In this document: piece after piece, positions 1 to 9,014 of the stretch
Numbering within the stretch: position 1 is the stretch's first letter
Layout: each line of letters opens with the position of its first letter
Source: an uncultured Candidatus Rokubacteria bacterium
GTDB taxonomy: Bacteria > Methylomirabilota > Methylomirabilia > Rokubacteriales > CSP1-6
Direction of reading: 5' to 3'
DNA: 64,000 nucleotides
NCBI GenBank assembly: GCA_963789955.1
Contig: CAWBMV010000015.1
Coordinates: 192,001 to 256,000, forward strand
Notes under the pieces: model-generated
Databases searched by the model: none
Seen by the model: the letters and a program-made list of their open reading frames with translations, nothing else
Told to the model about the DNA's origin: nothing
Program-made: the position numbers and the translations under genes

Positions 1-2135
1 GAAGGCTGACAATCTCGGCTGTTCTGGCGTTGACCCTCGTCTCCCAGATGGTCTTCGGTGTCGGGGCCGCGCGCGCAGCCGAGGGCGATGAAGGCTCGAT
101 CGGCCGTACCCCACCGCGACTGAGCTATGCCGACGGCGAGGTCTCTTATTTTCGGCCCGGAGCGCAGGACTGGGCCCCCGCCGAGGTCAACACGGCCCTG
201 GCGCCCGGGGACGAGCTCTACACGGGTAATCGCGGCAATCTCGAGCTCCAGGTGGGCGGGCGCGCGTTCGTCCGGGCCTGGGGCGACTCCCAGCTCGGCC
301 TTGTGAACCAGGAGCCCGACTTCGTTCAGATCAAGGTCACCTCCGGTCACGTGTCGCTCGACCTCCGCACGATCGAGGCGGGCCGCACCGTCGAGCTCGA
401 CACGCCTCACGCGGCCTTCACGATCGACCGCCAGGGCTACTACCGCGTCGACGTGACGGAGACGCGAACCTCGTTCGTCACGCGGCGTTCCGGGCAGGCG
501 ACGATGACGCCGGCCGGCGGTCAGGCCGTCGCCGTCGCGGCGAGCGAAGAGGTCGTTCTCGAAGGCACGCCGACACCGACCGTGCGCAGCTACGTGGCGC
601 CCGAGCTCGACGTGTGGGACAAGTGGAACTACGCGCGGACCGACGATTTGATCGACGCGGTCAGCTCGCGCTACGTCTCGTCCGGCGTGTACGGCGTCGA
701 CGACCTCGATCACTACGGCGATTGGCGAGTCGTTCCCACGTACGGCTCGGTGTGGGTTCCTCAGTCTGTCCCTGCGGATTGGGCACCGTACAGCACCGGC
801 CGATGGGTGCTCGACCCGTACTACGGCTGGACCTGGGTCGATACCGCGCCGTGGGGTTGGGCTCCGTATCACTACGGGCGCTGGGTTTCCGTCAGCGGCT
901 ACTGGGCGTGGGCGCCGGGGCCCGTGATCGTTCGGCCCGCGTACGCCCCGGCGCTGGTCGCGTTCTTCGGCGGCGCGAGCGTCAAGGTCGCCATCGGCGT
1001 TCCGGGAATCAGCTGGGTCGCGTTGAGCTGGGGCGAGCCCCTCGTGCCGTGGTGGGGCAGACCACAGTTCATCGGCCGGCCGACGTGGCACGGCTGGGGC
1101 GGGCCACGCGTCGTGAACAACGTCGTCATCAATCGCACGACGGTGGTGAACGTCACCAACATCAACGTCTACAAGAACACCACCGTCGAGCACGCGGTGG
1201 TGGCGGTGCGCGAAGACCACTTCGGCCGCGGCGGCAACGTCCAGCAGGCGCGCATCGCGCATGTCGACGCGCGTCGTCTCGAGCCGGCGCGGACACCGAT
1301 CCGCGTCACGCCGGACGCATCGAGCTACGTCGCCGGCAATGGGCGCGCGCCTCGTCCGCCCGAGAACACGATCTCCCGCGCCGTCGTCGCCACGCGGGCG
1401 CCGCGTCACGACGGTCCGCGCCCCGCTGAAGCGCCTCGAGCCGACGGCGGACGCGGCGCGGCGCCGCGCGCCGAGGGCTCGCGCAACACAGTCGGCGCAC
1501 CGCCACCTCGGATCGTGCCCGCGCCCAGGCCGGCCTCGACGGGGTCGGCGCCCGCGCGTCCGACGTTCGGCAACAGTGAGGTGGAGCGGGCGCGTCCGCC
1601 TCAGCCGCGGCAATTCGGCGCGCCCGAGCCGCCGGCGGCGGCGCCGGCGCCCTCTCGCGGCAACGCGCCGCGCCCAGACGGTAACGCGCCGAGGCCCGAC
1701 GGCGCCCAGCGGCCCGATGGCAACGCTCAGCGCCCTGGCGGCGACGCTCAACGTCCCGGCGCGAACGCGCCGCGTTCTGAAGCGAACGCGCCGCGTCCTG
1801 AAGTCAGCGCACCGCGCCCGGAAGTGAATGCACCGCGTCCTGACGCCCGGCGCGCCGCGCCCGGTGGCAACGCGCCGCGGCCGGACGCCAACGCGCCGCG
1901 TCCGGGTCCCGCGCCGTCAGCGCCGCGTGACGTCGGGCGCGGCAACGAGCGACCGACGCCGCCACCGGCACAGCCGTCTGTACGCGGACCCCAGCCGCAA
2001 CCGCAGGCGCGTCAGCAGCGGCTTCCCGGCGAGCCGGCCAACCGCATATCTCCCGAGCGCGCCGGATCACACCGCCAGCCGGAGCCCCAGCAAGAGCGGC
2101 ATGGAGGCGGGAAGGAACAGCAGCCCGGGCGCTGA
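1..2135 (+). CDS. Exported FecR-like / DUF6600-type protein with Trp-rich (WGWAPYHYGRW) region and long Pro-rich repetitive C-terminal tail; 5' end runs off the window
   Basis: Frame is open upstream of TTG30 (RLTISAVLALTLVSQM..., signal-peptide-like). It has an N-terminal RLSYADGEVS...NTALAPGDELYTG FecR-like beta domain, DLDHYGDW...WAPYSTGRW...PWGWAPYHYGRW motifs and a Pro/Arg/Ala tail. Confidence 0.75.
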   Translation, partial: RLTISAVLALTLVSQMVFGVGAARAAEGDEGSIGRTPPRLSYADGEVSYFRPGAQDWAPAEVNTALAPGDELYTGNRGNLELQVGGRAFVRAWGDSQLGLVNQEPDFVQIKVTSGHVSLDLRTIEAGRTVELDTPHAAFTIDRQGYYRVDVTETRTSFVTRRSGQATMTPAGGQAVAVAASEEVVLEGTPTPTVRSYVAPELDVWDKWNYARTDDLIDAVSSRYVSSGVYGVDDLDHYGDWRVVPTYGSVWVPQSVPADWAPYSTGRWVLDPYYGWTWVDTAPWGWAPYHYGRWVSVSGYWAWAPGPVIVRPAYAPALVAFFGGASVKVAIGVPGISWVALSWGEPLVPWWGRPQFIGRPTWHGWGGPRVVNNVVINRTTVVNVTNINVYKNTTVEHAVVAVREDHFGRGGNVQQARIAHVDARRLEPARTPIRVTPDASSYVAGNGRAPRPPENTISRAVVATRAPRHDGPRPAEAPRADGGRGAAPRAEGSRNTVGAPPPRIVPAPRPASTGSAPARPTFGNSEVERARPPQPRQFGAPEPPAAAPAPSRGNAPRPDGNAPRPDGAQRPDGNAQRPGGDAQRPGANAPRSEANAPRPEVSAPRPEVNAPRPDARRAAPGGNAPRPDANAPRPGPAPSAPRDVGRGNERPTPPPAQPSVRGPQPQPQARQQRLPGEPANRISPERAGSHRQPEPQQERHGGGKEQQPGR
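1659..1908 (+). repeat. In-frame 21-bp tandem repeat encoding about 12 copies of an xNAPRP(D/E/G)-like heptapeptide
   Basis: Translation GNAPRPD-GNAPRPD-GAQRPD-GNAQRPG-GDAQRPG-ANAPRSE-ANAPRPE-VSAPRPE-VNAPRPD...GNAPRPD-ANAPRPG. Confidence 0.85.
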
Positions 2136-2148
2136 GGTCGCGCGCGCG

Positions 2149-3358
2149 CTAGAGCTGCCGCGTCGCCAGCGCGGCCCCCTGCGCGAGGGCTTCGAGCTTC
2201 GCCCAGGCGATCTGCGCATGAACGCGTCCGCCGAGGCCGCAGTCGGTCGAAGCGATCACGCGTTCCTTGCCGACCGCGTTCGCGAAACGGGCGATGCGCT
2301 CGGCGACGAGCTCGGGATGCTCGACCACGTTGGTGGCGTGACTCACGATTCCCGGAAGGATCAGCTTGCCGTCCGGCAGCTTGACGTCCTGCCACACCTT
2401 CCACTCGTGCTCGTGGCGCACGTTGGCGGCTTCGAACGAGTACGCGCGGCACTTGACGGCCAGCATGACCTCGACGATGTCGCGCATGGGAATGTCCGTC
2501 GTGTGCGGGCCATGCCAGCTGCCCCAGCAGAGATGGAATCGGATTCGATCCTCGGGTAGCCCGCGAATGGCGTGGTTGAGCGCCTCGACGCGGACCATCG
2601 AGAACTGCTTGTAGTCGGCCACCGCCGGCTCCGGGTTCACCATGTCCCAGTTCTCGGCGATCGCCGGATCGTCGAGCTGCAGCACGAGCCCGGCGTCGAC
2701 GATGGCCTTGTATTCCTCTCGCATCGCGTCGGCGCACGCGAACAGAAACTCCTCGTCGGTCTTGTAGTGCCGATTCGCGATGCGCGCGGCGCTCCCCGGC
2801 GCGATCGACGTCATGAAGCCTTCTTCGATACCCGCCGCCTGCAGCGCGGCCTTGAAGTTGGCGATGTCCGACTGGATCGCGGCGTGGCCCGTGTACGTCA
2901 GCTGTGCCGACGCACACCGGCCAGAGCGCGGCGCGCGGCCCGGTCGTGATGCCGGAATCCGGATCGGCGTAGGCGGCAGCGAATTTCAGCCGGTCGCGAC
3001 GATCCGCAAAGCTCGTGAGGACGACCTCGCCGGGGCGAGATCGATGCGCCGGCATGTCGTACAGGCCCGCCGTGCCGAGCTCGAGCCCGCCCAGACGCTG
3101 GAACGAATAGCTCCACCACGCCCGGTAGTTGACCTTGTGCCCCATCGACTTACCGAACTCGCCGTCGCCCGGAATCGCGATACCGGCCTGCTTCTGGAGG
3201 CGCACGACCTCGGCGACGCTCGTGCGGAGCTGGTCCTGGAAGCGATGCTCGTCCGTCGCCATGCCCGATTCGCGCGCGCGATTCGCGTCGATCAGCGCCT
3301 CGGGGCGCGGCAGGCTTCCGGCGTGGCTCGTCAGGATTTGATCACGGCTCTGCCTCAT
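2149..3358 (-). CDS. Cobalamin-independent methionine synthase II family protein (single catalytic domain); one frameshift near 2900
   Basis: N-terminal ILTSHAGSLPRP and GDGEFGK; Zn ligands HLCWG, FEAAN, STDCGLG; GGAGGA RBS before ATG3358; split between ORFs 2012..3409 and 2149..2814. Confidence 0.85.
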
Positions 3359-3441
3359 GTCGCGTCCTCCGTTCGTCGCGCGAGGTGGTCGGGAGTGTAC
3401 TCGATACACGTCCCGGACGTCTCGCGGCGGCCGGCGGTCGT

Positions 3442-3474
3442 GTAGAAGTTACCCGGTTATCAAGTAACTTCTAC
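3442..3474. promoter_or_regulatory. Perfect 11-bp inverted repeat GTAGAAGTTAC-N11-GTAACTTCTAC in a divergent intergenic region (operator or hairpin)
   Basis: Read directly; AT-rich relative to the genome. Confidence 0.55.
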
Positions 3475-3594
3475 CCGCCCTTGGTCCCGGCCTGCTGAGC
3501 ATTTTTTGCCGATCGGCCCGATCCGCGTTTGACCTGACGCGAGCTTCCGCTCGCCGCGAGCGCCCTGAGCACGTTCCCGCTCTGGATCCGCGTT

Positions 3595-3610
3595 CGGCAT
3601 CGGCGTTGCT
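3595..3610 (+). promoter_or_regulatory. Candidate sigma-54 (-24/-12) promoter CGGCAT-N5-TTGCT
   Basis: Matches YGGCAY-N5-TTGCW with exact GG-to-GC spacing, but lies very close to the GTG3627 start. Confidence 0.45.
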
Positions 3611-3626
3611 ACAGGAGGTTATCCTC

Positions 3627-4829
3627 GTGGCTGATCACTCCACGTGCCTCTGCATCGTGTCTCGCGATCGGCTCCGCGGTAACGATTTCATCGCGGCCCT
3701 CGGCGCATCGATGCGCCCGCATGAGCAGCTCGAGATCATCGTGGACCGGAGGAGCGGCGAGCCCTCGCATGACTGGGATCCCACGCAGGACCGGCGCCGC
3801 CGGCCTCAGGTCGATCTCGCGCTGAAGGCAAACGGCTTCGCCGTCGTGCCGGCGCCGAGCCAAGGTGGCCGCCGTACGCCGACGTCTCTGCTGGTTCCCT
3901 CGGCCCCGGGCTCGGACGTCAGGTTTGACGGTGGGTTCAGCGGCGGGTTTGACGACGGGGATGACGACGAGGAGAGGCTCGAGGCGATTCGCAGCTTCAA
4001 GCGCGAGCGCTCGAGCAATCTGGTCCCGTGGCTCATCGCGGCGCTGGTCGCCGTTGCCGCGGCGGCGTTCATCTTGTCGCCGACAGGTTACGCGCTCAAG
4101 CAGACCGTCGCACAGCACATGGCGACCGATAGCACGAGCTCCTCGAGCGCAACGGCCTCCTCGAGCCCCCCGGCGACGGCGCCACCGTCGAACCCGGCGC
4201 CGGCGCCTCAGACGCGGGCGCCGGTCGTCGCCGACACGCCACCGGCTGCCGACGCTCCCGCGCGGGCGCCGGCGACTGAAACACCCCAGGTCGACCGACC
4301 GCTTCGCGGACCGGCTTCGCCCCCCGAGCCCGCGCCGCCGCGAGAGGCCGTGAGGGTCGATCCGTCGCGCGAGGCGGGAGCGCCGACATTCGAGAGCAGC
4401 GGGTCATTGGGAACGTCGACCGCACCAGGCGCCGCACGGCGATCGCGCTCGACGGAAACAGCTCGGCCGAGCACGAGCACGCCGATGCCGAGACAAGCCG
4501 CCGTCGCGCCGCCGCCGTCAGCGCCGTTGTCCAGATCGGTCTCGCCGCGGTTCGCGGGGCTGCCTCGCGTCGAGCTCAGCCGCGAGGCGGGCTCGTCAGG
4601 CGGGACGTACTCCGCGCGCATCGTGGACCCGGCGGGCAAGCCGCTGCCGGACGCCGAAGTCTTGCTCCTCGCTCGCATGCCGGACGGCACCGTCGAGAAC
4701 GTCCGCATGGACTTCTACCCGGATCGCGGAACCTATCGCGGCTCGCTGCCGACGGCGTCGTCACCCGTCGATATCCGGCTGCGTGTGATCACGGGCGACA
4801 AACGAGTCGAGATTCCACTCGGGCCCTGA
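3627..4829 (+). CDS. Bitopic membrane protein: N-terminal DRR-motif domain, TM helix, Pro-rich linker, C-terminal YtkA/FixH-like Ig-type domain
   Basis: AGGAGG before GTG3627; LCIVSRD...LEIIVDRR...DRRRRPQVDLAL; TM LVPWLIAALVAVAAAAFIL; C-terminal ARIVDPAGKPLPDAEVLLLARMP...GTYRG. Confidence 0.7.
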   Translation: MADHSTCLCIVSRDRLRGNDFIAALGASMRPHEQLEIIVDRRSGEPSHDWDPTQDRRRRPQVDLALKANGFAVVPAPSQGGRRTPTSLLVPSAPGSDVRFDGGFSGGFDDGDDDEERLEAIRSFKRERSSNLVPWLIAALVAVAAAAFILSPTGYALKQTVAQHMATDSTSSSSATASSSPPATAPPSNPAPAPQTRAPVVADTPPAADAPARAPATETPQVDRPLRGPASPPEPAPPREAVRVDPSREAGAPTFESSGSLGTSTAPGAARRSRSTETARPSTSTPMPRQAAVAPPPSAPLSRSVSPRFAGLPRVELSREAGSSGGTYSARIVDPAGKPLPDAEVLLLARMPDGTVENVRMDFYPDRGTYRGSLPTASSPVDIRLRVITGDKRVEIPLGP

Positions 4830-4857
4830 CCGCGCGCGGCGCCCCAAGGCGGACACT

Positions 4858-5682
4858 ATGACTACCTCGCGCAGAAGCCTCTGCATCGTGTCGCGCGATC
4901 CGTTGCAGTGCAGCGAGCTGGTCCTGAGCCTGCAGGCTTCGCTGGATCCTGATGACGAGGTCGAGATCGTCATGGATCGCCGGCGTGCGGGGGACGTGTT
5001 CGACACGAAATCCGGAGCACCCGCGGCGGTGTCCGTCGAGCGCCGCCACAATCCGGACGTCGATCTCGCAGTGAGGACCAAGGGCTTCGCGATCGTGCCG
5101 GCCGTGCCGATGACGTCTCGCCGTCGGGAGGAGCCCGACGCCGAAGAGCGCGCGCGTTTCGAGAACATCCTGAGCTTCAAGCGCCGGCACGAGTCACGAT
5201 CGGGGCGGGTCGTCGGTGACGCCGGCGCCGTCATGGTGGCGCTCATCCTGGCGCCTCCCCCGAACGGATTTTCCGCTCGCGTCCTCCGTGATGTGCCGTC
5301 GTCAGCGGAAGTGACTCGGCCTGAGGCCTCGAGCCCGGAACCCCGGCTCGGTCCGGCCGATCCATCCGTGGCGCCCGGCGCGTCCGGGCTCACCCCATCG
5401 GCGTCGCACGTCCCCAGCGCCGGGACCGCGGCTCTCACGCGGCCGAGTCCGGCGAAATCCGCGGTGACGCGGACCGGGGATCCATCGAGCGCGAGCGGCG
5501 CGATCGAACTCTACGCGGCCCGCGTCGGGGACGCGACCGAGCGCGTCGTGTCGAAAGCCAAGGATCTGATCGATCGCGTCAAGAGCGAAGTGATCGGCAG
5601 CGCCCCGATGAACGTCGGGCCAGAGCCGCCGGCACGCACGGTTCCGATCACCGGCAAGCGTCGTCCCGCCGATTCTCCGTAG
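4858..5682 (+). CDS. Paralogue of the preceding DRR-domain protein (hypothetical)
   Basis: LCIVSRD...VEIVMDRR...VERRHNPDVDLAVRTKGFAIVPA...EERARFENILSFKR aligns with the 3627 protein. Confidence 0.7.
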   Translation: MTTSRRSLCIVSRDPLQCSELVLSLQASLDPDDEVEIVMDRRRAGDVFDTKSGAPAAVSVERRHNPDVDLAVRTKGFAIVPAVPMTSRRREEPDAEERARFENILSFKRRHESRSGRVVGDAGAVMVALILAPPPNGFSARVLRDVPSSAEVTRPEASSPEPRLGPADPSVAPGASGLTPSASHVPSAGTAALTRPSPAKSAVTRTGDPSSASGAIELYAARVGDATERVVSKAKDLIDRVKSEVIGSAPMNVGPEPPARTVPITGKRRPADSP

Positions 5683-5830
5683 CTTCGAAGCCTGCCGTCG
5701 ACCGCGCGACGGTCGCATCCTCACTTTGAGGTTGCGTTCGATGCGGAGTGGGGCCAGAGTAGCGACCTCTAACGACAGGGTCGGGCCTGTGCCGAACGGA
5801 CCCAGCCAGAACGAGGGCGCGCACTCTCAT

Positions 5831-7522
5831 ATGCTCGCCGATCGCAAATATCCGCTCAGTCTGGTCGGGCTTTTCGGCCTCTACGTCCTCGCGGGAAAGC
5901 TCGGCCTCTCGCTCGCGTCGGTTCATGCGAGCGTTTCGCCGGTGTGGCCGCCGACCGGGATCGCCATTGCCGCGTTCTTGACGCTCGGTTATCGGGTCTG
6001 GCCGGCGATTGTCGCCGGCGCGTTCGTCGTGAACGTGAGTACCGCCGGATCGCCGGCGACATCGGTCGCGATCGCGCTCGGCAACACGCTCGAGGGTTTG
6101 CTCGGCGCGTATCTCGTCAATCGCTACGCGAACGGCGTGCGGGCGTTCGACCACGCACAGGACGTCTTCAAGTTTGCCGCGCTGGCGGGTCTCTTGAGCA
6201 GCCTGGTCAGCGCATCGATCGGCGTCGTGAGCCTCTCGCTCGCCGGCTTCGCCCGGTGGTCCGACTTCGACGGCATCTGGCTCACATGGTGGCTCGGCGA
6301 CGCCACCGGCGCCCTGGTCTTCGCTCCGCTCCTGGTGCTCCTGGTCCGCGACTGGGGGTGGAGCCCGTCACGCGGCCGCCTGCTCGAGGCCGCGGCCCTC
6401 TGGCTCACCACGACCCTCATCGGGCTGGCCGTCTTCGGCGAAGGACTCGCGCACCTCGGGTTCATGACGCTTCCGCTCACGTTCCTGTGCACGCCTCCAC
6501 TCGTGTGGGCCGCGGTGCGCTTCAGGCAGCGCGAGGCCGCCATGCTCGTCGTGGTGCTGTCCGGTATCGCGATCTGGGAGACCTTGCACGGCTTCGGTCC
6601 GCTCGCCAGCGTGCCGACGAACGACTCGCTCCTGCTGCTGCAAGTCTTCATGGGCACGGTGTCCGTGATGGCCATCTCGGCCGGCGCGGTCGTCGAGGAG
6701 CGCCGCCGCGTCGAGCACGAGCGCGAGCACCTGCTGATCAGGGAGCAGGCCGCGCGCGCGGAGGCGGAAGGCGCGAACCGCGCGAAGGACGAGTTCCTGG
6801 CGATGCTGGGGCACGAGCTCCGCAATCCGCTCGCGGCCATCATCAGCGCGGTCAGCGTGCTCGACCGCATCGGGGGACACGACGACGTCGCGATCCGTGC
6901 GCGCGAGGCGATCCGTCACCAGATCACGCACCTCGGCCGGCTGGTCGACGACCTCCTCGATATCGTCCACGTCACCACCGGGGAGATCGCGCTGGCGCGC
7001 GAGCCGTTGAATCTCGCGACCAGCATTCAGCGGTCGGTGAGCGATCTGGCGGGGACGGGCCGGCTGGAGCGTCATGTTGTCGACGTGCGCGCCGAGCCGG
7101 TCTGGGCGAACGCGGATCCGACGCGGCTCAACCAGATCGTCTCGAATCTTCTGTTGAACGCGATCAAGTACACCTCGCCGGGCGGCACGATTCGGATTCG
7201 CGTCATCGGCGAGGGGACGCTCGCGATCATCGGCGTCTCCGACACCGGCATCGGCATTCCACCCAAGCTTCTGTCGCACATGTTCGACGCGCCCTCGCAG
7301 GGCGACCGTCGGCTCGCTCACGCTCAAGGCGGACTCGGTGTCGGGCTCACCCTCGTGCGCCGGCTCGTCGAGCTGCACGGCGGGCAGGTCGAGGCCTTCA
7401 GCGAGGGCCCGGGCCACGGAAGCGAGTTCGTCGTGAGGCTGCCGCGTATCGCGCCCGCGAAGCAGACCGAGTCGCAGTCCGTGTTGCGCGTCATCGGGAA
7501 AGTCGCTTCCGTCAGGCACTGA
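5831..7522 (+). CDS. MASE1-domain membrane sensor histidine kinase (HisKA + HATPase); start could be as far upstream as 5726
   Basis: SPVWPPTGIA and WWLGDATG (MASE1); EFLAMLGHELRNPL H-box; NLLLNAIKYT, DTGIGI, GGLGVGL, GHGSEF. Confidence 0.92.
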   Translation: MLADRKYPLSLVGLFGLYVLAGKLGLSLASVHASVSPVWPPTGIAIAAFLTLGYRVWPAIVAGAFVVNVSTAGSPATSVAIALGNTLEGLLGAYLVNRYANGVRAFDHAQDVFKFAALAGLLSSLVSASIGVVSLSLAGFARWSDFDGIWLTWWLGDATGALVFAPLLVLLVRDWGWSPSRGRLLEAAALWLTTTLIGLAVFGEGLAHLGFMTLPLTFLCTPPLVWAAVRFRQREAAMLVVVLSGIAIWETLHGFGPLASVPTNDSLLLLQVFMGTVSVMAISAGAVVEERRRVEHEREHLLIREQAARAEAEGANRAKDEFLAMLGHELRNPLAAIISAVSVLDRIGGHDDVAIRAREAIRHQITHLGRLVDDLLDIVHVTTGEIALAREPLNLATSIQRSVSDLAGTGRLERHVVDVRAEPVWANADPTRLNQIVSNLLLNAIKYTSPGGTIRIRVIGEGTLAIIGVSDTGIGIPPKLLSHMFDAPSQGDRRLAHAQGGLGVGLTLVRRLVELHGGQVEAFSEGPGHGSEFVVRLPRIAPAKQTESQSVLRVIGKVASVRH

Positions 7523-7560
7523 ATCGCGGCGTCCTGCGCGGGCACCGAGTTGCGTGCAAG

Positions 7561-7580
7561 TTATGCACTGGTGTGGATAA
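7561..7580. promoter_or_regulatory. DnaA-box-like motifs (TGTGGATAA perfect at 7572-7580; TTATGCACT near match at 7561-7569)
   Basis: Reverse complement of TTATCCACA inside an AT-rich intergenic patch. Confidence 0.4.
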
Positions 7581-7640
7581 ACCTGTTGGCAAAATGCCGG
7601 TGTCGCTGTCTAAGATATCGACAATAATAGGATTTCGACG

Positions 7641-8999
7641 GTGAGAGAAATCCACAGGCTCGCCGTGGTCGGCGCCACCGCCATCGACGGAACCGGACGG
7701 GCCACGCTCCCGAGCGCCACGATCGTCATCGAGGGGACCACGATTCTCGCGGTCGGTCCCGCCGCAACGACCCAGGTCCCCGAGGGCGCCACGGTGATGG
7801 ACGGCCGAGGCAAGTTCGTGATCCCCGGGCTCGTCGACATGCACGTGCACGTCTACACGCCCGAAAAATGGCATCCGGAGTTCTTCCTGGCCGCCGGCGT
7901 CACCACCGTGTTGGATCTGGGCGGCCAGCTCCACGACGTCGCGGCCTATCGCACCGCGGTCGACTCGGGCGCTCGGCAGGGCCCACGCATCCTCTTCACC
8001 GGACCGATGCTCGAGGAAGGCGAGCCGTACGCGGGGTTCGCCGGTTTCTGCCGTCGCTTCGACTCGGCGCGAGCCGAAGCCGAGGTCGACGCGCTGGCCG
8101 ACGCGGGTGTGGATGCGATCAAGCTCTACGTGACCGTGCGACCCGACACCGCGCGCCGTGCGTGCGCACGCGCCCACGCGCGCGGCCTGCCGGTCTTCAT
8201 GCACCAGCACGCGACCTGGGGCGCCGAGGCCGCGCTGGCCGGTGTCGACTCGGTGGAGCACGTGAACGTGTTCGGCCAGCTCGCGCCGCAGGGATTTTGG
8301 CTGGCCGAGCCCGCGAGGTTGAGTCCGTTCGAGTACGGCGGCTGGCTCTGGCGGTGGCTCGGTGATCTGGACCCACGCTCCGACTCGGTGCGCCGCCTCT
8401 ACGACGGATTGATCGCCGCCGGCACCGTGCTCGACCCGACTCTGGTGCTCTACGCCGCGCGCCCGGGTGCGCTCGGCGACGATGTCGGCGATACGTCGAT
8501 GGACGACCCGGAGCGCACGAAGCTCCTGCCGCGTCTGCCCGCGGCGGTGGGCAAGGAGCTGGTCGGCCGATGGGCCGAGCGCCGCACCGCCGCTCACACG
8601 GCGTCGGAAGCGGCGAAGGATCGGACGCGGCGCGCGTGGGACAACATCCTCGCGCTGGTGGGCGGCTTCCATCGCGCCGGCGGCGTCGTGATGGCGGGGA
8701 CCGATTGTCCGAACGTCGCGATCGTCTCGGGCTTCTCGCTGCACCGCGAGCTCGAGCTGCTGGTGCGCGCGGGGCTTTCTCCGATGGAGGCGATCATGGC
8801 GGCGACGCGACGGCCCGCCGAACGGCTGGGCCGTCGCGATGTCTTCGGGACGATCGCGGCGGGTCGCTCGGCGGATCTCCTGCTGCTGACCGCGGATCCG
8901 CTCGCCGACATCCGCAACGTCAGACGTATCGAGCGCGTGATCGCGCGCGGTGCAGTCTACGAGCCGGACAAGCTACTGCAGGGCCTGCGAGCCGGCTAG
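7641..8999 (+). CDS. Amidohydrolase family protein
   Basis: GKFVIPGLVDMHVH metal motif, AGVTTVLDLGG, AGTD, GTIAAGRSADLLLL..DPL. Confidence 0.9.
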   Translation: MREIHRLAVVGATAIDGTGRATLPSATIVIEGTTILAVGPAATTQVPEGATVMDGRGKFVIPGLVDMHVHVYTPEKWHPEFFLAAGVTTVLDLGGQLHDVAAYRTAVDSGARQGPRILFTGPMLEEGEPYAGFAGFCRRFDSARAEAEVDALADAGVDAIKLYVTVRPDTARRACARAHARGLPVFMHQHATWGAEAALAGVDSVEHVNVFGQLAPQGFWLAEPARLSPFEYGGWLWRWLGDLDPRSDSVRRLYDGLIAAGTVLDPTLVLYAARPGALGDDVGDTSMDDPERTKLLPRLPAAVGKELVGRWAERRTAAHTASEAAKDRTRRAWDNILALVGGFHRAGGVVMAGTDCPNVAIVSGFSLHRELELLVRAGLSPMEAIMAATRRPAERLGRRDVFGTIAAGRSADLLLLTADPLADIRNVRRIERVIARGAVYEPDKLLQGLRAG

Positions 9000-9014
9000 G
9001 CGGCCGGCTCGCGA

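Noticed and set aside
7555..7640. Replication origin
   Set aside because: Only one perfect DnaA box, a very short intergenic region, and no dnaA/dnaN/gyrB nearby.
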